Shown here: in pieces, positions 21,610-31,012 of the stretch
Position numbering within the stretch: position 1 is the stretch's first letter
Layout of the letters: every line of letters starts with the position of its first letter
Virus record (IMG/VR): IMGVR_UViG_3300021495_000067
Strand: one strand, 5' to 3'
Source of the DNA: an uncultured virus (IMG/VR IMGVR_UViG_3300021495_000067)
Lineage: Duplodnaviria > Heunggongvirae > Uroviricota > Caudoviricetes
Length of the DNA: 64,000 nucleotides
The notes under the pieces: generated by a model
Databases searched by the model: none
Told to the model about the DNA's origin: nothing
Seen by the model: only the letters and a program-made list of their open reading frames with translations
Translations under genes and position numbers: made by a program

Positions 21610-21857
21610 TTTATCTTCTCAACTGCTGTTGTTCTAAACTTTTTAATTTCTCCATTTTTCAGTCTTACCACAACAATCTTAGGTAGCTCAAACCTTATTG
21701 CTATGCCTTCCTTTCCATGATACTTTGAATATGGCATTACTACCCTCACTTTATCTCCTATGCCATACAGATTTTTATGGTAATCTCTTCTCTTTTTCAT
21801 CATTAATAAATAATTTTTGTAAAATAAAAATGAAAAATATTTTTTCTCATTTTTCAC
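21606..21857 (-). CDS. Small KOW/SH3-like protein
   Basis: IGDKVRVV...YHGKEG KOW-like motif. Confidence 0.45.
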   Translation of the reverse strand: MKNEKKYFSFLFYKNYLLMMKKRRDYHKNLYGIGDKVRVVMPYSKYHGKEGIAIRFELPKIVVVRLKNGEIKKFRTTAVEKIK

Positions 21858-22429
21858 TTATCAATATCTGTGTTGAAAGCATCATTACAAAAAGGATATT
21901 CACTATGTTTAACAAAACCAATAGTTTTGTATTGCCTTCAATCTCAGAGATGCTTAGAAGTGCGGAGAATACAACTATTAAGCCAGCTACCCACAGAACA
22001 AGCCATATAAATATCCCTCTTTTCATTTTATATCACCTCCCGTTCTTCCCGTTCCTGCCCTATTCTTGCTAATATTTTTTCTTTTGTAATTTGTTTTAAT
22101 ATTTGTTCCAATATTTCCATAGGTCTTTCATCTGTCTCTAAAACTATTTTCCAAAGGTAATAATCTAAGATATCAACTATTTTTGTTAAAATTGCTTCAG
22201 ATATTTCTTCTATTAAGTCCTCCTTCTTTTTCATTTTTACCTCCTAACAATAACACACAAAAGGATTCTGTAAAGCATTGATACATCTCACTGCTTTCTC
22301 TGCTAAATTGTAATATCCTTCTTTCATTGCTTGATATTTCAGAGCTTCAAGTATTGAGATAGACCTGCTTCTGTATCCATATCTTATTCCTATTTCAATT
22401 TCTTCTTTGTTCATCTCCTCACCTAAAAA

Positions 22430-23365
22430 TTATTTATAATGAGTAATACCCATCACACTTGCTAAGAATCCAGTCATCTGAACCAGTGGATTGCAATTTA
22501 ACCTCAGTGCTCGCTCAGTCTCTGCAAGTCTTTCATAAACCATGAATTTCTTTAAAGGAGGAATATCCAGATTTTTTATCTCGCTATAAAACATCTCAAC
22601 AATCTCTGTGCCATCCACTGTTGGATTCTGGATTATGAGACTTTCAAGCTTCATCAGGCATTCTTCCCAGTTTCCACTGATACTCGCTTCAAATATTTCC
22701 TTAACCCTATTAATCTCCGCACTTTTTTTCTGGATATACCCTATTAAATCTTCCTTATTATGCGAGTAATTACTAATTACATTAACGAGTCGCCTTGCAT
22801 CTCCTCTTGAATAATCAACAAGAACACTGATAACTTTCTTTGCCTCTTCCTTATCATCGAATTTTATTTTTTCTTGTTTTAGAATCCTTAACGCTATTTT
22901 ACTGAGAGCTTGCTTATCAAGAGGTTGGAAATAAAAAACACTGCATCGTGAACTGATAGCATCAATTATTTTCCAAGAACGATTCACAGTTAAGATTAAA
23001 CGATTATTTGTTCTCTGCAATGCTTGCTCCATTGGACGCCTGAGAGCAGCCATAGAGTCATTTGTTAAATTATCTGCCTCATCAAGAAGGATAATCCTCG
23101 CACCGCTCGTAAATAGCAAGGTTTTGATTTTATTTCTTACTACATCAATTCCTCTTTCATCGCTGGCATTTAATTCCACTATCGGCACATCTAACTCTTT
23201 TGCAAGAACATAAGAGCAGGCTGTTTTGCCTACCCCAGGTGACCCTATAAAAAGAAGATGCGGTAACTCATTGATATTTTTGTATTTCCTGAGAGTCCTT
23301 ACAACTTCATCCTGCCCGTATATCTCATCCCAACTCTTTGGAATGTATTTCTTCTGAAGACTCAT
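22430..23365 (-). CDS. rfcS: Replication factor C small subunit (clamp loader)
   Basis: KYIPKSWDEIYGQ, PHLLFIGSPGVGKT, ELNASDERGIDVVR, LDEAD, ALRRPME, SRC and GDAR motifs. Confidence 0.93.
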   Translation of the reverse strand: MSLQKKYIPKSWDEIYGQDEVVRTLRKYKNINELPHLLFIGSPGVGKTACSYVLAKELDVPIVELNASDERGIDVVRNKIKTLLFTSGARIILLDEADNLTNDSMAALRRPMEQALQRTNNRLILTVNRSWKIIDAISSRCSVFYFQPLDKQALSKIALRILKQEKIKFDDKEEAKKVISVLVDYSRGDARRLVNVISNYSHNKEDLIGYIQKKSAEINRVKEIFEASISGNWEECLMKLESLIIQNPTVDGTEIVEMFYSEIKNLDIPPLKKFMVYERLAETERALRLNCNPLVQMTGFLASVMGITHYK

Positions 23366-23751
23366 TTTTCTTTCAAAAACTCTATTATTCGTCCACACCC
23401 CATATACTTAATATTTTTTACTTTTATCTTTACTTCTTTTATTCGAGGCTCTAATGGTTTTAATCCTCTCCTCTCTATTTCATTAGCCAATATCTCAACC
23501 CATACAGATAAGCAACCGTATCTTTCAAAGCTGTCTAAATATGCTGTCTCAAAGTCATCATAAGCCATTGTATCTTCATTAGGCGCAAAAATAAATCCAT
23601 TTCGCTGAAAGTTCTCTATATCAATCAATTTTTCTCTAACCATTCTGTGAGCATTCAGTAGGTGGTTATCAGTCATTTCAGTAACAGGTATTTTCCTTCC
23701 GTCTCTTGTGGTCCATATACCTGTTTTTTCAATTTTTATTCCTTTTAACAT
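23362..23751 (-). CDS. Phage-type hypothetical protein
   Basis: WTTRDGRKIPVTEMTDNHLLN motif, of a kind common in phage small proteins. Confidence 0.55.
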   Translation of the reverse strand: MLKGIKIEKTGIWTTRDGRKIPVTEMTDNHLLNAHRMVREKLIDIENFQRNGFIFAPNEDTMAYDDFETAYLDSFERYGCLSVWVEILANEIERRGLKPLEPRIKEVKIKVKNIKYMGCGRIIEFLKEK

Positions 23752-23766
23752 TTTTATTTTACCTAA

Positions 23767-24246
23767 TTATAGATTTACTATACGCTTATCTGAAGTTATA
23801 GGTTTATCTGGAGTCTTTGGAGGTGCATTTTTGCAACGAGTGAAAACAGGATTTATAACCCAATACTCTCCTTTTCTTGCAGATTTACCCTGAATATTAG
23901 TATTATTATCTTCCTTCCTTTTTAGAATTACTCTTAGCTCTAATCCTCCCAATTCTGTTTGCTGTTGATTCCACTCAACTATTTTCACTCTACCATTTAA
24001 GGCATACAACGCATCCAGAAGCGTAAGCCTCCTCTTTCCTGCTGCGGTAATCATTACTTTAGGCTGTTTTTGAGCGTCCAAAGCGTATATAACCGCTCCA
24101 ATATAACTCTGTTTGGCTTTCTTGCCAACCTTAATCCTATCATAGATTAATTCCTCGCCACAGACACTGCAAACCTCAAGAATTTTATTCTCTGCTTTTT
24201 CTTTTATCTCTACATCCTCTGACCCACAATAAACACAATGATTCAT
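23767..24246 (-). CDS. Zn-ribbon plus Alba-like domain protein
   Basis: CVYC/CSVC, then IKVGKK-SYIGAVIYAL-KVMITAAGK-LLDAL-LRVILKR, which parallels the Alba pattern. Confidence 0.6.
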   Translation of the reverse strand: MNHCVYCGSEDVEIKEKAENKILEVCSVCGEELIYDRIKVGKKAKQSYIGAVIYALDAQKQPKVMITAAGKRRLTLLDALYALNGRVKIVEWNQQQTELGGLELRVILKRKEDNNTNIQGKSARKGEYWVINPVFTRCKNAPPKTPDKPITSDKRIVNL

Positions 24247-24590
24247 TTCCTCTTCCTCACTTCCTCTACAAACTTTACTATTTTATCCCAATCCTCCCAA
24301 TTTAGAATAACTGAATCAGAATCCTGTAATAGTATTACTCCATGAAATTCAACAAATACTGTTCCATTAGATAATTCCAATGTTCTCATTTTCCTTCTTT
24401 TCCTTCTTTGGATTTTTTACAACTATCTCTTCAACCCAGCCACCGATTCGTTTTGCTTCTTTTTCTGCCTCTTCTCGTGTTGTATACGCTATTACCTCTA
24501 CTCCTATTTCTCCTCTTCTTGTTTTTGCTCGCACCTCGTAGTATCTTTTAATATCTTTAGGTATATCCAGCAGTGATATTTTCATTTTAT

Positions 24591-25007
24591 TCACCTCTTT
24601 TCATCCAGAAACTGGTTCTGATACTGCCCGTTGTAAACACTCGCTGCATCTGCTTTGAAAAATATTATCTGTGCTATCCTCGTATCCTTCGTTATGCTGA
24701 AATAATCACCTGAGAGGTTATAAATCGAAACAGTTGGTATACCTCTCCATCCCGGTTCAAAAACTGTTGATGTTATCAAAATGCCCTGACGATTGAATGT
24801 GCTCCTACTGAAAATTAAAGCAAACATATAGACAGGCACTGAAACTACCTCATTTAGCCTTACAGCTTTATGCTCTCCATGATTGAGCCGAACAGTTTCC
24901 GCTATTGTTAAATCTATGCCTACTTGCTGGATTTCTGTATTCTTTGCAAACTTCACTAACCCTAATTTTCTAACAATCTTTGGATTTACATTTATTTTTT
25001 CATTCAT
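24591..25007 (-). CDS. Trimeric dUTPase / dCTP deaminase family protein
   Basis: GIDLT, SRSTFNRQG, FEPGWRG, RIAQIIF and YNGQYQ motifs. Confidence 0.88.
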   Translation of the reverse strand: MNEKINVNPKIVRKLGLVKFAKNTEIQQVGIDLTIAETVRLNHGEHKAVRLNEVVSVPVYMFALIFSRSTFNRQGILITSTVFEPGWRGIPTVSIYNLSGDYFSITKDTRIAQIIFFKADAASVYNGQYQNQFLDEKR

Positions 25008-25138
25008 TTTTATCTCCTCCTTTAGATTCCTCAAGTTCAACCAACTCTCTAACAATCTTCCTTCTCTGAGCTTTTAAACTTTGAATATGTCGTTTTACAC
25101 CCGGAGTAAGCTTTTTCTGTTGCTTCTCCAGTAATTTT

Positions 25139-25864
25139 TTATTCAATTCCAGTAACTCGTTTTTCAAAACTTTTACTCTTTCTTCCTTCTTCATAGCTAT
25201 CATAGTCTTCATATCCCAAATCCTTTAAAATCTCAGATTTCTTTTCGTAAAGAAACTTACGAACCTTTTTATTAAATTCGCTGTTCAGTATTCGTAATCC
25301 TTTGAAATCATACCTTCGCTGAGCTTTTCTCATATCATCTATCAAGTCTGAAACAAGATTTTCAAATTCTCTGATTACGCTATCCAGAGGGATTGTTTGA
25401 GAAATTACATACTTATGAACTAATTTTACAAGCTCAGGAAATCTTTCATCAATTATTTTCTGCATCTTTCTTTCAATTTCTTTCGTTATTCTGTTATAAG
25501 CTCTTATATATGATTTTTTCAATTGTAATGCTTCTTGATATTTCTTTATTTCTTTATTTTGCCTATACTCTTGCAAAACTTCATTACAGGCATCAATAAA
25601 TTCGATAAGCATCTTGTATTCAGTAATAGACTTTTTTATAGAGGGCATTAGAGTAGATACGAAAGTATCTTCATATTCTTCTAAAACTCCTATAAAGCGT
25701 TCTTGCTTGTAATACTCATTAAGAGGTCTATGATAATAAGACCTAATTAACTTATCGCAGAAACCATAGGCTTTTAACGATAGATTATCTATCATATCGA
25801 ACCTGAACACTACTAAACACTCTTCTATATGCTTCCTTTGTTGCACTATGCAAGTCATATCCAT
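25139..25864 (-). CDS. Helical hypothetical protein
   Basis: 241-aa ORF with GAGGA RBS. Confidence 0.6.
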   Translation of the reverse strand: MDMTCIVQQRKHIEECLVVFRFDMIDNLSLKAYGFCDKLIRSYYHRPLNEYYKQERFIGVLEEYEDTFVSTLMPSIKKSITEYKMLIEFIDACNEVLQEYRQNKEIKKYQEALQLKKSYIRAYNRITKEIERKMQKIIDERFPELVKLVHKYVISQTIPLDSVIREFENLVSDLIDDMRKAQRRYDFKGLRILNSEFNKKVRKFLYEKKSEILKDLGYEDYDSYEEGRKSKSFEKRVTGIE

Positions 25865-26330
25865 CCTCCTTTATCAATCTCTGTCGCTCCTCTATGTATC
25901 GCTCTTCTAATTCTTTCATTTTATTGCCTCTTAAATCAGTTAGGAGGAGAAACAGAAAATAGGAAGTAACCTCATATCATTGGTTACTTATCATATTTTT
26001 AAATGCCTTATGTCTGTGCAATCGAAAGAGCACCTGCCAAAAGAAATGCTCCTGCTATTACAATAAAAACAAGTAGTGCCAATCCATATAAGTTGAAATA
26101 GCATATTCCACAGCACAGTAGCCCCAATATTGTTATAGCTATTAACACTTGCTCTCTTCTATTTATTTTCATCTTTTATTTATTTTCACCTCCTAACTTT
26201 CATTTTTCAAGCAACTTTCTTATCTCTCCTATTATCTTTTTCGCCTCTAAATATCGCTTCTCATTTAACTGCTCAAGGTTCTCTAACTCTCTTTTTACAG
26301 CTTTATCAATCCATTCATTTAATTCCATTT

Positions 26331-26609
26331 TTACCATTCTATTTCAATCATATTACCCTTTCTTTTCCTAATAACTACATTTCCACTGAGTTTTTTAATC
26401 TCACCTTCTTTTAACTCAACCTCCTCTGCTGGTATTGTCTTCTCAAGGCTCACTATGATTTTGGCAATTTTTTCATGCAATTCCGATAGATTATGTTCTT
26501 CTGCGAAACGGTCAATTTCTATTAACTGATTTATATCGTCATTAGACAGCTTTTTGCCTGATTTAAGCTTATCTTCAAGAGATTGGAGTAATTCTTCCAT
26601 TTTCTTCAT
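26331..26609 (-). CDS. Hypothetical protein
   Basis: ORF in a co-oriented run. Confidence 0.55.
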   Translation of the reverse strand: MKKMEELLQSLEDKLKSGKKLSNDDINQLIEIDRFAEEHNLSELHEKIAKIIVSLEKTIPAEEVELKEGEIKKLSGNVVIRKRKGNMIEIEW

Positions 26610-27300
26610 TTTTTAACCTTTATATAAACTATATAAAAGCCACAAATACATTGCAGATAATGCTATAAGTGCACCTATTGTCCACTGGCTGAATTGGAAA
26701 TAGAATATATATGTCGCTAAATAATACAAACCAACAACTACTAAGCTTGCTAAGAGAATCAGTTCTGTGCCTCTTATCGCTATTATTATATCATCAAGGT
26801 TTTTGAAAAATCCCATTTTTAATCACCTTCTCTTTTTTAGGTAAAAACCATCCATATAAAAACCATGAATAAATTGCAAGTAATGCTATATATGCAAATA
26901 ATAGCTCGTATGCGAATTCTGCCAAAAATTCTTCTTGAATATCTGTATCATAGAGTGTGTGTTGAAAATCAACAAGATTACCATCTATCTTTGCATATGC
27001 ATACGCTATAAAGGGGTCAAAAGTTACTGCAACAACTGCACAAAAGAACATCAGTGTTATCCAGATTGGTATTGCTATATCATGAGAACCCATTTTATCA
27101 TTCCTCACCTCCATACTCAGACTCATAATCCGCACAGTAGTCATACCCCACTTGAGGGGCATCATCTCTATTGCTCCAGCTACAAAATTCTGAAGCACTC
27201 ATACCATTGGTTGGATGCGCGCATCTCCATGTTCCACCAATCAACTCACACCATTTGCATTTAACTTTCATTTTTATTCACCTCCTTCACTTTTCTTATC

Positions 27301-27639
27301 TTACCATACCTCTGCAAGCTTAAGACCATTATAGATCCATTTGAGGACATTTGTTATGGTCTCGTAGCATCCTCTACTATATTCTCTTTCAATATCATTT
27401 TTTGCAGTGTTCATTCTATCAAAGTGCCTTATACGCTCATCAGAGATTTCTTCCAAGATTTCTTTCAATCTCACTATTCGTTCATTATTCTTCATTTCGT
27501 CACATTCTACCTCAACCACTTTGACATCCCATCCGTTGTAAATCTTGTGCATCACAGCAGAACGCACTGCTCTACCTTCATCCCCATGAACTTCTATGAG
27601 ATGCCCATCATAAGGACTTTTTAAAGCCCATGCTTTCAT
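27301..27639 (-). CDS. Hypothetical protein
   Basis: ORF with GGAGGAGG RBS. Confidence 0.55.
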   Translation of the reverse strand: MKAWALKSPYDGHLIEVHGDEGRAVRSAVMHKIYNGWDVKVVEVECDEMKNNERIVRLKEILEEISDERIRHFDRMNTAKNDIEREYSRGCYETITNVLKWIYNGLKLAEVW

Positions 27640-27737
27640 TTTTAATCCTCCTCCTTCTCCAAATCTTCTATTAACTTTGGCTCATTGCCTTCTATACCCA
27701 AATATCTGCACTCCATTACTCAACCTCACCACTTTAT

Positions 27738-28334
27738 TCATCTTCCTCTGGGATTTTTATATACTGCTATAATTTTATCATATTTCGGTGAGTATGCACG
27801 CAATTCGACCTCAAGCTGTGGAACTGGAGTGTTGTGATATATTTTATTGCCTTTGGCTACAAACTCTGTTGGAGAATCGCGCACTATCTCTTCTTCTTTT
27901 TTGATTATTCCTGCTTTTATAATTGGTGATACTGAAGGGATTCCTTCAAATACTTTTAAAGTTACTTTTTTCTTTCCTTCTGCACTAATTCCTCTATTTG
28001 TTTTGTAAGGGTAATCCGGGTCGCCAAATTTACAAATTCTCCTTATTGTTACCTCCGTTTTTCTCGTTGTGCTTACCTGTTTTTTCCTTGTTGGACTGTT
28101 TTTTGTATCTTTTGTATCAATTCCTTCTATATCAAATCTATTAGGAGCTTTTAACCACTTATACCATTCATCTTTCTTGAGTATATTCTTTGCATTTTTG
28201 TGCTTATCCATTTTCTGTGCACGTGATGTTCGTTTCTTTTGCCGTTCTAAGACTTGAGCTTTTGTTATTTTCTTCGTAGATGTTTTCTTCTTTTTTGTTT
28301 TTGACACTGTTTTCTTTACTGTTTTAGATACCAT
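27738..28334 (-). CDS. Lys/Thr-rich basic protein (possible nucleic-acid binding)
   Basis: Histone-H1-like KKT repeats at the N-terminus, then WLKAPNRFDIEGIDT. Confidence 0.6.
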   Translation of the reverse strand: MVSKTVKKTVSKTKKKKTSTKKITKAQVLERQKKRTSRAQKMDKHKNAKNILKKDEWYKWLKAPNRFDIEGIDTKDTKNSPTRKKQVSTTRKTEVTIRRICKFGDPDYPYKTNRGISAEGKKKVTLKVFEGIPSVSPIIKAGIIKKEEEIVRDSPTEFVAKGNKIYHNTPVPQLEVELRAYSPKYDKIIAVYKNPRGR

Positions 28335-28731
28335 TCTCTATCATCTCCTCAAGATAACCACTTTCTGTCATTTTGCGGAGTTCATCACCTCCACCTCGCT
28401 CACTACCATTCGCCTGCTTCCTTAGCCACTGAATCACTCCGTCGTAATCATCCTGCTCAAAGATTCTGTTGTCGTATCCGGGCCCTACATCTCCTCCACT
28501 CATGCTCCATATTCCAAATGCCCATTCTGCTGCCTCTTTCTCTGGATATATGTAGAGGGTGAACAACACATCTTCATCCCCTATACTATCGAGCCAGTCA
28601 AAGCATTGAGTGTCGCACTCGAAATAGTCCCTGATGGTTTCTTTGTTATGGGTCTCGAATTTCCACGCACCGCTCATTGCAGCACTATCGGGCACTCTTT
28701 CACAGATACGCATCCATTCCTCTTTTTTCAT
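28324..28731 (-). CDS. Acidic hypothetical protein
   Basis: ORF with GGAGG RBS and an upstream AT-rich promoter region. Confidence 0.6.
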   Translation of the reverse strand: MKKEEWMRICERVPDSAAMSGAWKFETHNKETIRDYFECDTQCFDWLDSIGDEDVLFTLYIYPEKEAAEWAFGIWSMSGGDVGPGYDNRIFEQDDYDGVIQWLRKQANGSERGGGDELRKMTESGYLEEMIENGI

Positions 28732-28855
28732 TTTAAACCTCCTCTCTTTTCTTTTTTTTCAATAATATATTTTATTTAAAAATATTTAAATAAATTTTTT
28801 ATACAAACTACTTAACAACATTCGGAGAAGCACTCAAAATTGTCCTTTTCCATTT

Positions 28856-29170
28856 TCACTGAACACCTCCCAATACAATCTTTCCTTCCTTGAACAACTC
28901 TGAAACCATTGTTTCTTTCTGTAACTCCTCAACTAATGAACCTTCAACTTTAACACTGTTATTACCTGCATTCGCAACTATCCGTTTACATATTTCAATC
29001 CCTCTGTCATATTCGATATTCTGCCATTCTCCGCCATTATTTGCTTTAAATCTAAAGCAAAGTCTCAACCTCTCAAGAAATATCCATCTACTGACTTGCT
29101 GTCCATCAATAAAAACCCTGAGTTCCTTCCTGCTATCATTGCTATTCATCATCATCACCTCTAATTGCAT
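28856..29170 (-). CDS. Hypothetical protein
   Basis: ORF with GAGGTGA RBS before MMMNS. Confidence 0.55.
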   Translation of the reverse strand: MQLEVMMMNSNDSRKELRVFIDGQQVSRWIFLERLRLCFRFKANNGGEWQNIEYDRGIEICKRIVANAGNNSVKVEGSLVEELQKETMVSELFKEGKIVLGGVQ

Positions 29171-29230
29171 CTCCTATCGCTGTATATCCTTCACTAATCA
29201 ATTCTTCGAGAACTTCTACAACCATTGCCA

Positions 29231-29671
29231 TCACCCCATGCATAACATAGGCATAAACTCGTGCCTATGTTCCCAGATTTTCCTGATAAACCAGCCCTGC
29301 ATGTTTCTCTTTGCATTAATTAAGTAATTCTGCTCAAACCACAGCACCGGATTTTCTCTCACTGTCATTAACGGTATCATTATTGGGGTTGGTGCTCTTG
29401 TAAACTTCGTATATTTCTTATTTCTCTTTCCTCTGATTCTTAGATATTCCTTTTCCCATCTGGGTCTTATCACAAACGAAGACCCATTAGCCTCTATAAA
29501 AAACTCTCCATTACGATACAATACGCTACGATTCAGAACAACCTCTTTCTTCCCTAAGAAAAGGATTTTTTTCTCCTTTTCTTGCTCTCGCTGTTCTTCG
29601 CTTACGACACGACCCACAGGCTCAGGCTCTTCAGCCCAAGCCTGTTCCAAAATTCGAGCCAATTCATCCAT
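29231..29671 (-). CDS. Hypothetical protein (true start probably MDELAR)
   Basis: AGGAGG RBS at 29681-29686. The longer ORF-track start runs into the tRNA-like RNA. Confidence 0.6.
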   Translation of the reverse strand: MDELARILEQAWAEEPEPVGRVVSEEQREQEKEKKILFLGKKEVVLNRSVLYRNGEFFIEANGSSFVIRPRWEKEYLRIRGKRNKKYTKFTRAPTPIMIPLMTVRENPVLWFEQNYLINAKRNMQGWFIRKIWEHRHEFMPMLCMG

Positions 29672-29696
29672 TTCTATCTTCCTCCTAATACGAGGA

Positions 29697-29853
29697 TGAA
29701 GGAGAAGGGAATTGAACCCTTGCACCCTCAGTAGAGGTAGCCAGCCTCTACCTTTCAGCTATCTGATGTGCTGGCGCAACACACCAGAATAGCCTACAAA
29801 CCTCAGACCTGCGCCCCGATCTGAGTTCAGGGGTGCCTACCACCAGCTCCTTC
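29697..29853 (-). ncRNA. tRNA-like structured RNA (about 157 nt) with acceptor stem, T-arm and three internal hairpins
   Basis: Acceptor stem GAAGGAG/CTCCTTC plus A; T-arm AAGGG-TTCAATT-CCCTT; helix GCACCC/GGGTGC; hairpins CTCAGATC/GGTCTGAG, TCTGGTGTG/CACATCAGA and GTAGAGG/CCTCTAC. Confidence 0.75.
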
Positions 29854-30155
29854 AAAAAATAAAAATTTGAAAATTTATCAGCCATATTCACAGGCTTCAT
29901 CATCCAGCTCCTCTGTCTCCACGATGCACCGTCCATGCATCGTCTTCCTCCTTTTTCTCACTCGCCCTGTGTTATAGGCAAAAAGGCGAGGAAGATTTCC
30001 TTTGTCCATAAGCATAACTTTTTGAGCCTCTTTTTTTTGAGCCACTCCTCCTACTGGCAGGAGCCTCACGAAGCTCATAGCCATGCTCCTTCACATGAAG
30101 GTCAGGCGAGTGTTTACCCCACCCGCCCTCATCGTAAATATGTTATTTTAAGGGG

Positions 30156-30166
30156 TATATAAAACC
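30156..30166 (-). promoter_or_regulatory. Archaeal TATA box upstream of the structured RNA region
   Basis: GGTTTTATATA about 25 nt before a GC-rich hairpin starting near 30133. Confidence 0.55.
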
Positions 30167-30254
30167 ATAGGTTTCATTTAAGTTTCTTTATAAATAAGAG
30201 ATATAAACTTTTGTAAGGGATTTAATTCAAAAATAACTCCTTCATAAGGTAGTT

Positions 30255-30554
30255 CTATCTCCGCATATAGAAACTCCTCTCGAAATCTCTGATAAAAGAC
30301 CACACAACCTTTTTCTGTGGTGTATCCACTATCCTTATTACTTGTCCTTTCGTTGCACCTTTTATTGCTACTATCTTTGTTTTTATCAGGTCAGAGACAA
30401 CCTTCACGAGCGTTACTCTTGATATACTTGTCCGCCTCTCCAGTTCCTTCATAGTTGTTTCGTTTCTTACTCTTGAAAGTTTATACAACAACATCAGAAC
30501 CTTGACATGGCTCTTTGAACCAAAAACTTTTTGTATCATGCTATCCACACTCAT
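30255..30554 (-). CDS. Winged-helix transcription regulator
   Basis: VFGSKSHVKVL...TMKELERRTSISRVTLVKVVSDL HTH pattern. Confidence 0.75.
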   Translation of the reverse strand: MSVDSMIQKVFGSKSHVKVLMLLYKLSRVRNETTMKELERRTSISRVTLVKVVSDLIKTKIVAIKGATKGQVIRIVDTPQKKVVWSFIRDFERSFYMRR

Positions 30555-30623
30555 TATCTATCACCTCCTATATTTTATTTATTGGTAGAGGCTGTTCTCT
30601 ACCTTCTTTCACTAACTTATTGC

Positions 30624-30962
30624 TTATATGAAAATTAGATATAATAATTTTTTTATTAGTAGTAGTGTATTTATCAGGTCTACATTCTCCTTTGGTTTTT
30701 CAATTAAAGACCTTATACTATTACCTTTAATTGGATCTATGAATGATAAAAAAATTTTTTTGTCCTTGTTATTTAAATATTCAAATAAGAAAGATTGAAC
30801 CTCTGAGATTGCTTCTTTTATACCATTGACATCCTCTGAACTTATGTAATAAGTTTGCATAAGATTAGAATCGTTATTTTTGTAATCTATGTTCAGATAA
30901 TAGAGATATGCTCTACCTTCCTTCTTATGAAGTAATTCTTGTATCATAGTATCCACTAACAT
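30624..30962 (-). CDS. Hypothetical protein
   Basis: 112-aa ORF. Confidence 0.5.
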   Translation of the reverse strand: MLVDTMIQELLHKKEGRAYLYYLNIDYKNNDSNLMQTYYISSEDVNGIKEAISEVQSFLFEYLNNKDKKIFLSFIDPIKGNSIRSLIEKPKENVDLINTLLLIKKLLYLIFI

Positions 30963-31012
30963 TGCTTCTTTCTCAACTATCCAAAAATCCTACATTTCTT
31001 AAACAAAATTAA

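Noticed and set aside
29697..29853. Canonical tRNA or tmRNA gene
   Set aside because: No D-stem, no 7-nt anticodon loop or bulge-helix-bulge intron seen, no G3:U70 pair, and too short for a tmRNA. Kept as a tRNA-like ncRNA.
29748..29936. 62-aa minus-strand ORF and the N-terminal extension of 29231-29725
   Set aside because: They overlap the structured RNA. A better RBS-linked start exists at 29671.
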